Shown here in pieces: positions 28,322 to 38,591 of a stretch of 64,000 nt of DNA. This DNA comes from a virus (taxonomy: Duplodnaviria > Caudoviricetes). How positions within the stretch are numbered: position 1 is the first letter of the stretch; each line of letters starts with the position of its first letter. A program made the position numbers and the translations under genes. A model generated the notes under the pieces. The model did no database searches, had not been told where the DNA came from, and saw only the letters and a program-made list of their open reading frames with translations. The stretch is taken from positions 1 to 64,000 of IMG/VR virus record IMGVR_UViG_2974796443_000001. One strand, written 5' to 3'.

Positions 28322-28703
28322 AAACGCCCTTGATTTCATTACTAAAGTTGAAGCTGATGTTTCTCTTCCCTCTACTCTCAGGGAAGAAGCTAAACAAATT
28401 CTTTTTACCCAAGCCTTGGTTGAGTATCAGGATAAGTCAATTAACTCTAAGATTCCTGGCTACAATATACAGTCTCTGGTTAGCTTAGGTTCTTTATTCT
28501 ACATACGAATGAAGTATCTTAAAACAAACACTACTTATATTGCGATGTATAAAGATATTAATCCCCTAGTCTTTGTTGATCAAGTGGCGGGTGGGCTAAG
28601 ACCTTTTGAATCTCAGTACTTTGTAGATGCATTATTAAGTAACCCCGAAAATAATAATATATACCGAGAAAGATTATATGAGGAATTTATTTCTAAACGT
28701 TAA
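28311..28703 (+). CDS. hypothetical protein
   Basis: 130-aa ORF. Confidence 0.6.
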   Translation: MVSKNALDFITKVEADVSLPSTLREEAKQILFTQALVEYQDKSINSKIPGYNIQSLVSLGSLFYIRMKYLKTNTTYIAMYKDINPLVFVDQVAGGLRPFESQYFVDALLSNPENNNIYRERLYEEFISKR

Positions 28704-28914
28704 GAAGTCTGGTCAGGTTGAGATAGATAGATTTGCAGAAGCTGTAGTTAATTTAGGCTTTGAATTAAGATGTCCTCAAGACCCGTATCAATACGACTAT
28801 TTGAAAATTGAGAAAGGAATAGTAACTGGAATGAAGATAGGTAACATAGTAATAGAGGTATTACTTCCTACAGATTTCTTTAAAATAATAGATCATTTAA
28901 ATGGAAACAACTAA
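28678..28914 (+). CDS. hypothetical protein
   Basis: 78-aa ORF. Confidence 0.55.
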   Translation: MRNLFLNVKKSGQVEIDRFAEAVVNLGFELRCPQDPYQYDYLKIEKGIVTGMKIGNIVIEVLLPTDFFKIIDHLNGNN

Positions 28915-29257
28915 AGTAAGTCAAATTAGAATTAGAGATTTTGTAAGAAAATTTACTAACAACCTGTTTTCTGACGCTGAGTTAGATGGGTTGAGGTTAA
29001 CTAGTAGAGTAACTTTATTTATTAATGTTGATGACGAGAAATTCAGTACTCGAGATAACATCGCTTACATGAATGACTACTTGAAGCCTGTTCGTAATGA
29101 GAAGAATGAAATCGAGTGGCATGTCTTCTGTCAACATACTGGGGAGATGTGTGGTATCTGTCAGAATAAAGAGTTGCTTAATTCCTACGTAAAGGATTTA
29201 AAGATTTCTCAAGTATACACTAAACTATTTAACGAAGATGAGTTTCACAAGCAATAA
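28901..29257 (+). CDS. hypothetical protein
   Basis: 118-aa ORF. Confidence 0.6.
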   Translation: METTKVSQIRIRDFVRKFTNNLFSDAELDGLRLTSRVTLFINVDDEKFSTRDNIAYMNDYLKPVRNEKNEIEWHVFCQHTGEMCGICQNKELLNSYVKDLKISQVYTKLFNEDEFHKQ

Positions 29258-29471
29258 TGAATTAATTTACGACATAGGTAGATTAGCGTCTGAGATAGAC
29301 GAGGTAATATCAATAGAAATTCACCCTCAAGGTGAGGAAGAGCGACTTGTAAGAGTTGCATTTGAAAATTCACATAGCTACAATAGAGAGTTTATATCTC
29401 ATGAAGGTACCGATGTAATTGACGAGATAGAACTACACTTTAATGATATCAGAAGAAAAAACGATATTTAA
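29238..29471 (+). CDS. hypothetical protein
   Basis: 77-aa ORF. Confidence 0.55.
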   Translation: MSFTSNNELIYDIGRLASEIDEVISIEIHPQGEEERLVRVAFENSHSYNREFISHEGTDVIDEIELHFNDIRRKNDI

Positions 29472-29799
29472 AGAGTTTCCTGTTGGGGTAATATATCACC
29501 ATATTACTCTAACTGGGAATACATATTATTCTTGGGAGAAAGTGACTCCTAGGATAGATTCTATTTTGGAGGAGTTTTTGATTAAGGTTAACCTAGGAAA
29601 AGGGTTGTACCATAATACAATGATTCGAAGTCTTACTAATCAAACTCACCTCATCTTTACTTTTCTAACTTCAGCTGAACTTATTAAAAAGCGGGAGTTC
29701 TTAGAAGCTACTGTTGCTAGACCTCTTAATCCAGACTGGCCAGAGGAAGTAGGCTTAATAGATATTACGGATTACTTAAAAGAGAACAATCCCCTTTAA
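29443..29799 (+). CDS. hypothetical protein
   Basis: 118-aa ORF. Confidence 0.55.
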   Translation: MISEEKTIFKEFPVGVIYHHITLTGNTYYSWEKVTPRIDSILEEFLIKVNLGKGLYHNTMIRSLTNQTHLIFTFLTSAELIKKREFLEATVARPLNPDWPEEVGLIDITDYLKENNPL

Positions 29800-29828
29800 A
29801 TTCAACTTTAATTTTTTAAACTACCTAA

Positions 29829-30245
29829 ATGAACAAAGCAATTGAGATTGAAGTTTTCCGTAACTTCGTAGTCTCTCCAGATTACAAGAACAAGAGATTA
29901 GCTCAGCGTTATTACTATCGTGCATTAATAGTAGGAGGTGATAATGTTAGAAAAGCTAAGAACAGTATTATTAAGGGGAACCTTACAATGTTCAATACTT
30001 ACCTTGATATGGCTTTGTATCATGTATGTCCTACTACTCAAGAGGACAATTTAAAATCCATCCTCCAATTCGAACTAAATAACTTCTCAGGTCTAGAAGT
30101 TGAGGACGAGACTCTTTCCAAAATAGACCAAACCCTAAATGCCTTAATAGAAAATATTTACGGATGCGACACTCCTATTAAATTAGAAGTGGAAAACGTT
30201 TCTAAATCTTCAGCTAAATTTAGAGTGAAAATAATTAATTTCTAA
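29829..30245 (+). CDS. hypothetical protein
   Basis: 138-aa ORF. Confidence 0.6.
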   Translation: MNKAIEIEVFRNFVVSPDYKNKRLAQRYYYRALIVGGDNVRKAKNSIIKGNLTMFNTYLDMALYHVCPTTQEDNLKSILQFELNNFSGLEVEDETLSKIDQTLNALIENIYGCDTPIKLEVENVSKSSAKFRVKIINF

Positions 30246-30288
30246 ATTCTTATTCCCTAACTACGCACCTTTTAAGTTAAAATCACAA

Positions 30289-30558
30289 GTGCGTAGAAAT
30301 CGTAAATTCAAAATATCTTCCGAGAAGTTTAGAATACCTGAAAAGGCTTCTTCTGATGATGACTTCAATCCTAACGTTCAAAGAGAGTATGTTTTCTTTG
30401 ATAGTGTTACCGGAGAGTCTAAAGTCATTAATCATCCTGATAATATCATTTTTACTTATGATGAAGCTACTGGAGAGTTATCCGTAGAAGACCCATCAGG
30501 TACAGATAATGAAAGGTATTCCCTTGTTGATGATTCACTTTATAAAGATTTTAGCTAA
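30289..30558 (+). CDS. hypothetical protein heading the fibre operon
   Basis: GTG start after late-type motif at 30270; TAATG coupling. Confidence 0.6.
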   Translation: MRRNRKFKISSEKFRIPEKASSDDDFNPNVQREYVFFDSVTGESKVINHPDNIIFTYDEATGELSVEDPSGTDNERYSLVDDSLYKDFS

Positions 30559-32039
30559 TGGCATTAACAAATTTAGGTAAAACAGGTTTAAATAATAGAG
30601 AGCAGACTGTTATTAGTAAATTGTTTACTGGGGGTTCTAATCCTAACGGGGTTCTTACTTCAGCTGCAGGGTCTATTTACATGGAAACTACAACCCCTGA
30701 AATCTATGTTAACGTAGATAGTGGTAACACTTGGGTCAAATTATTAAATCTCCCAGAACTGCAAGTAGATGATCCTGCTTATGATACCTTACAGAAGATT
30801 ACCACAATACTTAAAGCACTTCAAACTCAAGTCAATACCCTAGAAGTTGAGGATATTCAAAATTTAGAAGATTACATCGCTAACTTAGATATAACTTCGA
30901 TTGACGGACTTACTGATGCTTTAGATACAAAAGTAGATAAGGTTACTGGGTATGCTCTATCTGAGAATGATTTTAATGATACTTACAAGGCTAACGTGGA
31001 TGGTAACACTGCCCATAAGACTGCAACTAATAATCCTCACGGAGTTACTAAAGCTCAAGTTGGGCTAAGTGATGTTGATAATACTTCAGATGCAGATAAA
31101 CCTCTGAGTGATGCCGCAGTTGCAGCTTTAGATAATAAAGTGGATAAAGGAGGTGTCGTAGAAACAGTTCAGGGTATCTCTCCTGATGTAGCAGGGGCGG
31201 TTGTTCTACCTTTCTCAGATTTACTAACTGATAATGATTCAACCCTTTTCGCTTCAGCTAGAAGCGTATATAGGTTGAAACAGATGATGGATACAATATA
31301 TGCCATGGATACTTGGATATCTGCCCTTAAAGTAGTAGGGGTTAGCTACAAAGTAGACGTAGCTAATAATGAAACTGATTTAACAGGTGAGATTTGGGAT
31401 ACCGACATTATCCTACGCCAAATAGATAGTGAGATTAGAATATTAGTAAAAACGGTTGGTTCAGGGATACCTGCTTTGATTTTAGACCAACTTACTAATA
31501 CCGGTAGTTATTACCAAATATCTCTAATTTCATCTGAAGCAGACCCTGTAGAACCTGAAGGTATTAATTTGGATGCTACGGTAGCCTTTAAATCTAATCC
31601 GATTAGTACTACTGGTCTAGATACAGACTACCTACAGTTCAAAGTAGATGAAACAGTTTCAGCTTTCTTCACTCTGTTGACTACCGAGACAGATGCAGAA
31701 GATATAGTTCTATTTAATATGATAGGAAAAGATAATAGTGAAGGGTCATTTGTTTCGGTAGCATCTGATTTCTCAATTATCCCTAATGATCATAATAGAT
31801 ACACGGAAGTTACTCACGCCAACCCTACGATAACAGTAACAGGAGCTAGTCTTACTGCTGAGGGAGATCAAACTGTTATTGACTTTACAGGAACAGGAAC
31901 TCTAACTATCGCAGCTTCCGGAGCAACCCTCCGATACAATGCGTTAAGAGAGCTAACTGCAGAACAATACAGTGTTGTCACAATAAAGAAAATAGGTCCA
32001 AGTGAATACCGAGTTTACGGTGAATTAAATTTAGCTTAA
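30558..32039 (+). CDS. tail fibre protein 1
   Basis: N-terminus paralogous to 32871; KVDKVTG, NPHGVTKAQVGL shaft motifs. Confidence 0.75.
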   Translation: MALTNLGKTGLNNREQTVISKLFTGGSNPNGVLTSAAGSIYMETTTPEIYVNVDSGNTWVKLLNLPELQVDDPAYDTLQKITTILKALQTQVNTLEVEDIQNLEDYIANLDITSIDGLTDALDTKVDKVTGYALSENDFNDTYKANVDGNTAHKTATNNPHGVTKAQVGLSDVDNTSDADKPLSDAAVAALDNKVDKGGVVETVQGISPDVAGAVVLPFSDLLTDNDSTLFASARSVYRLKQMMDTIYAMDTWISALKVVGVSYKVDVANNETDLTGEIWDTDIILRQIDSEIRILVKTVGSGIPALILDQLTNTGSYYQISLISSEADPVEPEGINLDATVAFKSNPISTTGLDTDYLQFKVDETVSAFFTLLTTETDAEDIVLFNMIGKDNSEGSFVSVASDFSIIPNDHNRYTEVTHANPTITVTGASLTAEGDQTVIDFTGTGTLTIAASGATLRYNALRELTAEQYSVVTIKKIGPSEYRVYGELNLA

Positions 32040-32040
32040 T

Positions 32041-32871
32041 ATGATTGGAGTAATCGGAGCGTCAGGTGTATATAGTTTAGGAGCTGCCCCAGTAGGTGGA
32101 TTAACTCCTGCAGGGTCTTTCAATATAGACTCAGATTACACTCCTATAACTAGAGTGCATATAAAAGATAACGGATTGACTTTAGTACTTCTCTCTGTTA
32201 ACTCTACTGAGTATCCTTATACTATGAGTAGGTTCTCAATGAGCTCTGCCTTAGATATCTCTACTCTTACTGATGATATAAACCAATTTGTTTTTCCATC
32301 AGGTATCCAAGCCTTTCATATGTCAGCAGACGGAACCAGAGCTTATGCAGGTACTTTTCAAAGAACTGTATATTCCTATATTCTATCAACTGCTTATGAT
32401 TTGACTACAGCAACTTTAGATGAGACTGAGGATTATGATGGGGAGGGAACAGGTATGAGAGACGTACTCCTATCTCCTGATGGAACAACCTTATATCACC
32501 TAAGCGCAGATAGAACTATCTATGTCTACTCTCTTACAGTGGCTTATGAAACAGGGTCTTATACTTATACTCCTCTCAAGAACTTTACTCTACCTGACGT
32601 TAGTGCTTCGTACTACCAGTTCCAGTTTAGCCCTGATGGATTAATAATGTGTGCAGTAACTTCATCTGGGGGAGTCAGTACATTCCATAAATTTACACTG
32701 ACTGTAGCTTTCGATTTAACAACTGCTACTTTCGATTCCAATTATGTAGTCGGAGGAAGCAGAAGCTTTAATGGATTCTGGATGAGTAATGATGGGAAGA
32801 CCTTTATTGGGATATCAGCTAATGATTCTCAACTTTACAAATATACTACTAATATAGCTTTTGATATATAA
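32041..32871 (+). CDS. beta-propeller protein (fibre tip / receptor-binding candidate)
   Basis: Repeats of SxDGT..Y....Y.L.TAYDLTTA. Confidence 0.7.
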   Translation: MIGVIGASGVYSLGAAPVGGLTPAGSFNIDSDYTPITRVHIKDNGLTLVLLSVNSTEYPYTMSRFSMSSALDISTLTDDINQFVFPSGIQAFHMSADGTRAYAGTFQRTVYSYILSTAYDLTTATLDETEDYDGEGTGMRDVLLSPDGTTLYHLSADRTIYVYSLTVAYETGSYTYTPLKNFTLPDVSASYYQFQFSPDGLIMCAVTSSGGVSTFHKFTLTVAFDLTTATFDSNYVVGGSRSFNGFWMSNDGKTFIGISANDSQLYKYTTNIAFDI

Positions 32872-35792
32872 TGGCGTTAACAAATTTAGGTAAAACAGGT
32901 TTAAATTTAAGGGAGCAAGACTTACTAGATAGAATACTAGTAGGTTCGACCGACCCTAGTGGAGTTGTTTCTTCTAATATAGGAGACTTATACTTAGTAC
33001 CTTCTATTCCTGACCTATTTATTAATATGGATGGAATAACAACTTGGAAGAATATTTCTTCTTTAGTTGAGTTAGAGGTTGATGATTCTACCTACAATAC
33101 ATTACAGAAAATAGTAGATAAGTTAAAAGCTTCTGAATTAGCAATATCTGATATACAAGTTTCAGACATAGCTGACTTACAAGACTACTTAGATAATCTA
33201 AGTGTAGCCGACATACAGAATTTACAACCTGCACTAGACAATAAGGTAGATAAGGTAGCGGGGAAAGGTCTAAGTACTAATGACTTCACTGTAGCTTATC
33301 GTAATGAAGTAGACTCCAATACAAGTCATCGAAGTAGAACAGATAACCCTCACGGTGTTTCTAAGTCCCAAGTAGGGCTAGGTAATGTTAATAACACTTC
33401 TGATCTTAGTAAACCTATCAGTACCTTACAACAAGCTGCTTTTACCGCTAAGGTAGATAAAGTGACAGGTAAGGAATTATCTGATAATAATTACACTGAC
33501 GAGGATAAGTCTACTGTTATTAATGCGTCTTCTCATATGGATGCTGAGAATAATCCTCACGGGGTCACTGATACTCAATTAGGATTAGGTACAGGTCACT
33601 TTAGACCGCCTGTTTCTGACTTGACTGAACTAGCTGCTTTGTTAGAGGAGGAACTACTTAATAATGAAAGGCGTTATGTAACATCTGAAAATATTGATTA
33701 CTTCTTCTCAACAACCGCGACCTCAGGTGACGTATCTCCTGACGATCAGACCTTAGGGACAGGATTCTGGACTAAAGCGACTGCTGGAGTTGAAGATGTA
33801 TATACTAAAGCTGAGTCCGACGCTAAGTATGCAGAGATAGGAGATTCTTTTACTAAATCTGAGTCTGATGCTAAGTACTCTCTTACTTCACATACTCACC
33901 TCATTGCTGATATAACTGACTTCACTGATAACTCTACTGACTGGGACACTGCTTTCGGTTGGGGTAATCATAATTCTCAAGGTTATGTAGTTGTAGGAGT
34001 GGCTTCAACTGAAAATAATTTAGTACTATGGGATGCCTCAGGTAAAATAACCGATGCAGTAGGTCTTAGTTGGTCTGCAAGTTCACTTTCTGTTACAGGA
34101 GCTATCTCAGCTACTGGTGCAGGTGTATTTGGGAATGTTCAAGTTTTAGACGTTCCGTATGACGAGTCATCTTGGAATGGAGCTTTAACTGTTCCTACTA
34201 TGAATGCTATTCGAGATTGGATAGTAGGTTTTTCTGTTTCCGATATTAATGCAACAGGAACTGCCTCAGCTTCTACTTACTTAAGAGGAGATGGGGTATG
34301 GGCTACTGTAACCGCTTCTGCTGCTTGGGGAGCTATCTCAGGTACTTTAACTGATCAAACGGACTTAGTCGCTAAATTCGGGGAGTACTTACCATTATCA
34401 GGTGGTACAGTAACAGGTAATCTATTCGCACCCTCTTTTAGGGTACAAGGCACAGGCACTGGTATATCAAATACAGGAGTCCTAGCTGTCTATGAATCAG
34501 ATGGTACAACTAGACAAGGTTATATAGGGTTTGGTAGTGGTTCAAGTTCAGATTTTATCTGGTACAATGACGTAGGAACAAACTATTTAAGACTGTTAGA
34601 TGACGGTGGTGCAAATGGTTTATTCTATAACTATTCTGGAGGTAGTGGTGCTGTATACCATACAGGTAATAGTAGTGGTTTAGTAAATACAGGTTCAGCA
34701 ACTCAAACTAAAACTGGGGGATTAGCAGCACAGACATTAACAACTACAAACTCAGGGGATGGAGCAACCTTACTCACATTCTCTACCGAACGTCCTTGGA
34801 GGTTCGTCCAAATTGGTACTGGTTCAGGAGCAGTGCTAGGGTTGCAGGATTTAAATGGTTCTAAGAGCTTTAATATAACAGACCCATCTGGAAATAGAAA
34901 TCACTCTTTTGCATCATCAGGTAATTATGACCTAACTGGTGATATAAAAATGAGTAAAGAGAAGCCGATTTTGACTCTACATAGTACTAAGAATGGAAAC
35001 TGGGTAGAGGGAGAGACATTGTCGGAAATTATTTTCTACGGAGCTGACGGTAGTAGTAATGGTGCAAATGACAGAGGAGCTATAAAATTAAGCTCGTATG
35101 ACGTATTTGGAATAAGGTTTAATATGGATTTTTATACATCCAGTAATGCAGACCCTGAGTTGGCTATGCGTATTGGTTATGATAAAAACGTGACAATAGT
35201 AGGCGATCTCACAGTAAGTGGTGATAATATTATCATGGATGATGTCAATAATAGAGTAAAATATGCTGTATGGAATACCTCTGGTACGTTCGGTATTGGG
35301 ATGGGTGCGTCATATACCTACGGAGGTTTAAATGATTTTGCTATGACCTTCCAAATGAACAGTTCATCGACTCGTGGATGGTGGTGGGGAACTGATTCCC
35401 ACTCTAACGCACAAGGGTCGATGTCATTAACTACAACTGGAGTGTTAACAGTTGCTAGTTCGGTAACGGCTACTAACTTTATCTTGTCCTCTGATAAGAG
35501 ACTAAAAAAGAATATTAAAACCCTTAGAGGAGATGACTTAGATTTAAGATGGGTACAGTTTAATAGAATAGATGATGGGTCGTTTCAATTAGGTCTTATA
35601 GCGCAAGAGGTTGAAAAAACTAATCCTGAATTTGTCCTAACAGATAAAACAGGATTTAAATCAGTTAAGTATATAGATGTTCTTATTGCTAAAATGGCAG
35701 AGAAGGATAGAAAAGATAGGGATAAGGACGCTAAGATAAAGTCTTTAGAAACTAGAGTATCTAAATTAGAGAAATTCTTAAATCTTAATTAA
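32871..35792 (+). CDS. tail fibre protein 2 with C-terminal S74 intramolecular chaperone
   Basis: SSDKRLKKNI...GLIAQEVE..P; NPHGV repeats; YLPLSGGT. Confidence 0.9.
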   Translation: MALTNLGKTGLNLREQDLLDRILVGSTDPSGVVSSNIGDLYLVPSIPDLFINMDGITTWKNISSLVELEVDDSTYNTLQKIVDKLKASELAISDIQVSDIADLQDYLDNLSVADIQNLQPALDNKVDKVAGKGLSTNDFTVAYRNEVDSNTSHRSRTDNPHGVSKSQVGLGNVNNTSDLSKPISTLQQAAFTAKVDKVTGKELSDNNYTDEDKSTVINASSHMDAENNPHGVTDTQLGLGTGHFRPPVSDLTELAALLEEELLNNERRYVTSENIDYFFSTTATSGDVSPDDQTLGTGFWTKATAGVEDVYTKAESDAKYAEIGDSFTKSESDAKYSLTSHTHLIADITDFTDNSTDWDTAFGWGNHNSQGYVVVGVASTENNLVLWDASGKITDAVGLSWSASSLSVTGAISATGAGVFGNVQVLDVPYDESSWNGALTVPTMNAIRDWIVGFSVSDINATGTASASTYLRGDGVWATVTASAAWGAISGTLTDQTDLVAKFGEYLPLSGGTVTGNLFAPSFRVQGTGTGISNTGVLAVYESDGTTRQGYIGFGSGSSSDFIWYNDVGTNYLRLLDDGGANGLFYNYSGGSGAVYHTGNSSGLVNTGSATQTKTGGLAAQTLTTTNSGDGATLLTFSTERPWRFVQIGTGSGAVLGLQDLNGSKSFNITDPSGNRNHSFASSGNYDLTGDIKMSKEKPILTLHSTKNGNWVEGETLSEIIFYGADGSSNGANDRGAIKLSSYDVFGIRFNMDFYTSSNADPELAMRIGYDKNVTIVGDLTVSGDNIIMDDVNNRVKYAVWNTSGTFGIGMGASYTYGGLNDFAMTFQMNSSSTRGWWWGTDSHSNAQGSMSLTTTGVLTVASSVTATNFILSSDKRLKKNIKTLRGDDLDLRWVQFNRIDDGSFQLGLIAQEVEKTNPEFVLTDKTGFKSVKYIDVLIAKMAEKDRKDRDKDAKIKSLETRVSKLEKFLNLN

Positions 35793-36247
35793 TGGCAGTT
35801 CCAAATACTACTACCTTTACCTTAGCTAATGTATGTGACGAAATAGGACTAACAGGTTCTAATAGAACTTTACAGTCATGCTTCAATTCAGCTGAATCTA
35901 GAGGTTATAATTCTAGTTACTCAGGCTCTAAAAACTCACTACTGAATTTTCGAGACTACGAGACTCCTTCGACCGCAGATATCTTATCAGTTAACCCTAC
36001 TACCCATTCTAATACCTCAGGATTTACTGACTCATTTGTAGTTTCTGTTACCTCTAATACCTCATGGACAGTCTCAGATAATCAGACTTGGATTACCTTA
36101 TCCTCTTCGTCAGGCTCAGGTAATGGAAGCATCACTGTGAACCTATCTTCAAATGGGACAGGTAGTACTAGGTATGGTGTCGTAGTCTTCACTACAGGAG
36201 ATATTACTAGAACAGTTACTGTAACCCAAACAAGTAATTTCTCTTAA
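35792..36247 (+). CDS. BACON-domain virion protein
   Basis: VTSNTSWTVS..WITLS..SGSGNG..N....R.G.V...VTVTQ. Confidence 0.85.
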   Translation: MAVPNTTTFTLANVCDEIGLTGSNRTLQSCFNSAESRGYNSSYSGSKNSLLNFRDYETPSTADILSVNPTTHSNTSGFTDSFVVSVTSNTSWTVSDNQTWITLSSSSGSGNGSITVNLSSNGTGSTRYGVVVFTTGDITRTVTVTQTSNFS

Positions 36248-36286
36248 TCTTTTCATTAAAATTCATCTAACTATTATTGAGATTAG

Positions 36287-36301
36287 TTTTAAACCAAATT
36301 T
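36287..36301 (+). promoter_or_regulatory. putative late promoter motif heading the lysis cassette
   Basis: TTTTAAACCAAATTT, identical to 41108-41122. Confidence 0.55.
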
Positions 36302-36323
36302 TTAACAATTAAAATTGGTTATT

Positions 36324-36521
36324 ATGGAAGAGAGATTTAAAACTATTACTGACCTATTACTACTAGCAGGTGTCCAGTCCACTCCTATGGTGTTGGAGTT
36401 AATAGAGAACGTAACAAAAGAATTTGATGATAAGGGGGATAAAGTCACTCTTAAAGATATCAGAGACTTAAAGACAATGGTGGAAGACAAGTACACTAAG
36501 AAAGAGGAAGCTGCAAAATAA
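36324..36521 (+). CDS. small hypothetical protein
   Basis: ATG 36324. Confidence 0.6.
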   Translation: MEERFKTITDLLLLAGVQSTPMVLELIENVTKEFDDKGDKVTLKDIRDLKTMVEDKYTKKEEAAK

Positions 36522-36546
36522 TTAGCACTTTCTACAATTGCTTAAT

Positions 36547-36993
36547 ATGGTTGAAATATTATATGCTTATTTTTCGTTACCTTTAGAAATAAGAGTTGAA
36601 GACTCTTTAGTGAATGGGGGTATCATAGGAGCGGTTGTAACTCTAATCCTAGCTATTATTAAACTTGGGGATAAATACTTATCTAAGTATGTTGACTCTA
36701 AGAGAGATGTTGATATCAAAAGATTAGAGTTACAAGCTGACTCTGCCGAAGTGGCGGTTCTTCAGAACAACTACCAAGAAGCATTAAATATTATAGCTGA
36801 GCTCAAATCAGAAAAAGTTGATCTAGAAAGTAGATTATTGGTAGTAGCAGATAAAGAGAGAAAAACATTCACTAAGTTAAATTCTATTATTATCTCTTTT
36901 GATATAGTGTACGATCAGTTAGAAAGAATTTTCGAACCTGGAGACCCTAACATGGCTTTACTTAAGAAATACAAATACTACATAGACAAATGA
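36547..36993 (+). CDS. holin-like single-TM/coiled-coil protein
   Basis: TM GGIIGAVVTLILAII plus coiled coil; upstream of the endolysin. Confidence 0.5.
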   Translation: MVEILYAYFSLPLEIRVEDSLVNGGIIGAVVTLILAIIKLGDKYLSKYVDSKRDVDIKRLELQADSAEVAVLQNNYQEALNIIAELKSEKVDLESRLLVVADKERKTFTKLNSIIISFDIVYDQLERIFEPGDPNMALLKKYKYYIDK

Positions 36994-37859
36994 TACTACA
37001 AGAACATAATATGGATTCCTTTGAATCCGCTGCTCAGATGAATATGGACGGCATGGTCTGTTGGCTAATGGATGCCGAAATAGCCCGAGACATGTTCATC
37101 GCAAATATCGTAATAGGAGTTTCGTACTTCGTTATATCGGGATTGTTAGTTTTATTAGCTAGAACTACTTGGGACTTATTATCTAGGTCATTTAAATTGA
37201 ATTTAGGATTGTTCTCATTCTTTATACTATTTTGTGGGATAGGTCATATTATCAAAGTCCTTAACATCTGGGAAGGTATGTTTAGGTTGGAATTAGCAAT
37301 AGATATTGCAACTGCAGTAATCTCTGTAATTGAGGCTGTTTTCCTAACCTACGGTATGAGAAGATTCACTAGTAAGGTAAAATTAAATAAATCTATCTTT
37401 GACTCTAATTTCAAAGACGTCTTAGTTCTTACAGGAGTTTTAGCGCTTAAGAACAAAAAGCCAACTACTGCTTTGAAGAGGAATACCTTAGATAATAAAA
37501 CAGTACTTGATATTCTTTTTGGCAAGTCTGACTTATCTAAATTATTCTTTTACGATTTAGAAAATATAATATTTAATTACGAATTTGTTATAGGAGGTTT
37601 AAAAGTAATTAGAAAGACTCAACCATCTGAAGGAACTTATTTAGTTATTAAAACAACTGAAGCTCAAGAACTTAGCGGGTTTACTATTGTAGACTCTAAT
37701 ACTTGGATTTATTGTGATAAAGGAAGTTTTGTTAATTTACCCTTAGATAAAGTAGTAGGGGTTAATTCTTACTCTCATCACTCTAAGAATAAAGTTATTA
37801 AAATTAGTATAGCTGCTAATTCTCAATTACGTATGTATTTTAGTAAATCAAAAATTTAA
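36990..37859 (+). CDS. ETR1-like (ethylene-receptor N-terminal) 3-TM domain plus soluble C-terminal domain
   Basis: ANIVIGVSYFVI / FFILFCGIGH / DIATAVISVIEA align with ETR1 TM1-3. Confidence 0.7.
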   Translation: MILQEHNMDSFESAAQMNMDGMVCWLMDAEIARDMFIANIVIGVSYFVISGLLVLLARTTWDLLSRSFKLNLGLFSFFILFCGIGHIIKVLNIWEGMFRLELAIDIATAVISVIEAVFLTYGMRRFTSKVKLNKSIFDSNFKDVLVLTGVLALKNKKPTTALKRNTLDNKTVLDILFGKSDLSKLFFYDLENIIFNYEFVIGGLKVIRKTQPSEGTYLVIKTTEAQELSGFTIVDSNTWIYCDKGSFVNLPLDKVVGVNSYSHHSKNKVIKISIAANSQLRMYFSKSKI

Positions 37860-37862
37860 GTT

Positions 37863-38459
37863 ATGATATATAAACCTATGTTTGATAATGGTCACGGAAG
37901 TGTGATCAATGGTATCTACCAGACTCCAGGTAAGAGGAGTCCTAATTGGGAATGTGGTACTGTATATGAGGGTCAATTAAACCGAGTTATTGTAAACGGG
38001 GTAATACGACTATGTATGTTGAATAATATTCCGTACTACCATGTTTCACCAGAGCTAACTGATGTTGGTTTAGATGCTAGAGTAAATAGAGCTAATAAGA
38101 TTTATGCTGTAGATAGAAGTGCTTACCTTTTATCTATTCACTTTAACGCTGGAGGTGGAACTGGGATTGAGGGCTTTACTTCTAAAGGAGAAACTAAATC
38201 CGATCCTATCTGTAATCTATTTCTAAGTAACTACGAGGAAGTTGGTGAGAAGATGAGGTATGACTACTCCGATGGAGATAAGGATAAAGAAGCTGGGTAT
38301 TATGTTCTAACCCGTACAAACTGTCCTGCTGCTTTGATGGAACTAGGCTTTATGGATAATAAAGCTGATTACCTAAAGATGTGGGACACTGATCATTTAG
38401 ACAAACTTATTAACTCTACGTTCAAGACGGTTGAGCAGTTATATAGAGGAAGTCTTTAA
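37863..38459 (+). CDS. endolysin, N-acetylmuramoyl-L-alanine amidase (Amidase_3)
   Basis: DNGHG, E, SIHFNA, ELGFMDN zinc-amidase motifs. Confidence 0.92.
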   Translation: MIYKPMFDNGHGSVINGIYQTPGKRSPNWECGTVYEGQLNRVIVNGVIRLCMLNNIPYYHVSPELTDVGLDARVNRANKIYAVDRSAYLLSIHFNAGGGTGIEGFTSKGETKSDPICNLFLSNYEEVGEKMRYDYSDGDKDKEAGYYVLTRTNCPAALMELGFMDNKADYLKMWDTDHLDKLINSTFKTVEQLYRGSL

Positions 38460-38552
38460 ACCTTTTTAAGAGTTTTGACCCCTCGTTTGGGGCAAAGCTC
38501 TTTTATTTTCCTAAAACACTGCCTTAGAGCCTGAAAACACCCTTAAACAAGG
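38452..38552. repeat. dispersed intergenic element
   Basis: TTTGGGGCAAAGCT (38486) with phased arms on both sides. Confidence 0.8.
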
Positions 38553-38591
38553 TATTTCGCTCGTTTGGCGATTTTTAAATTCAAAAACCTT

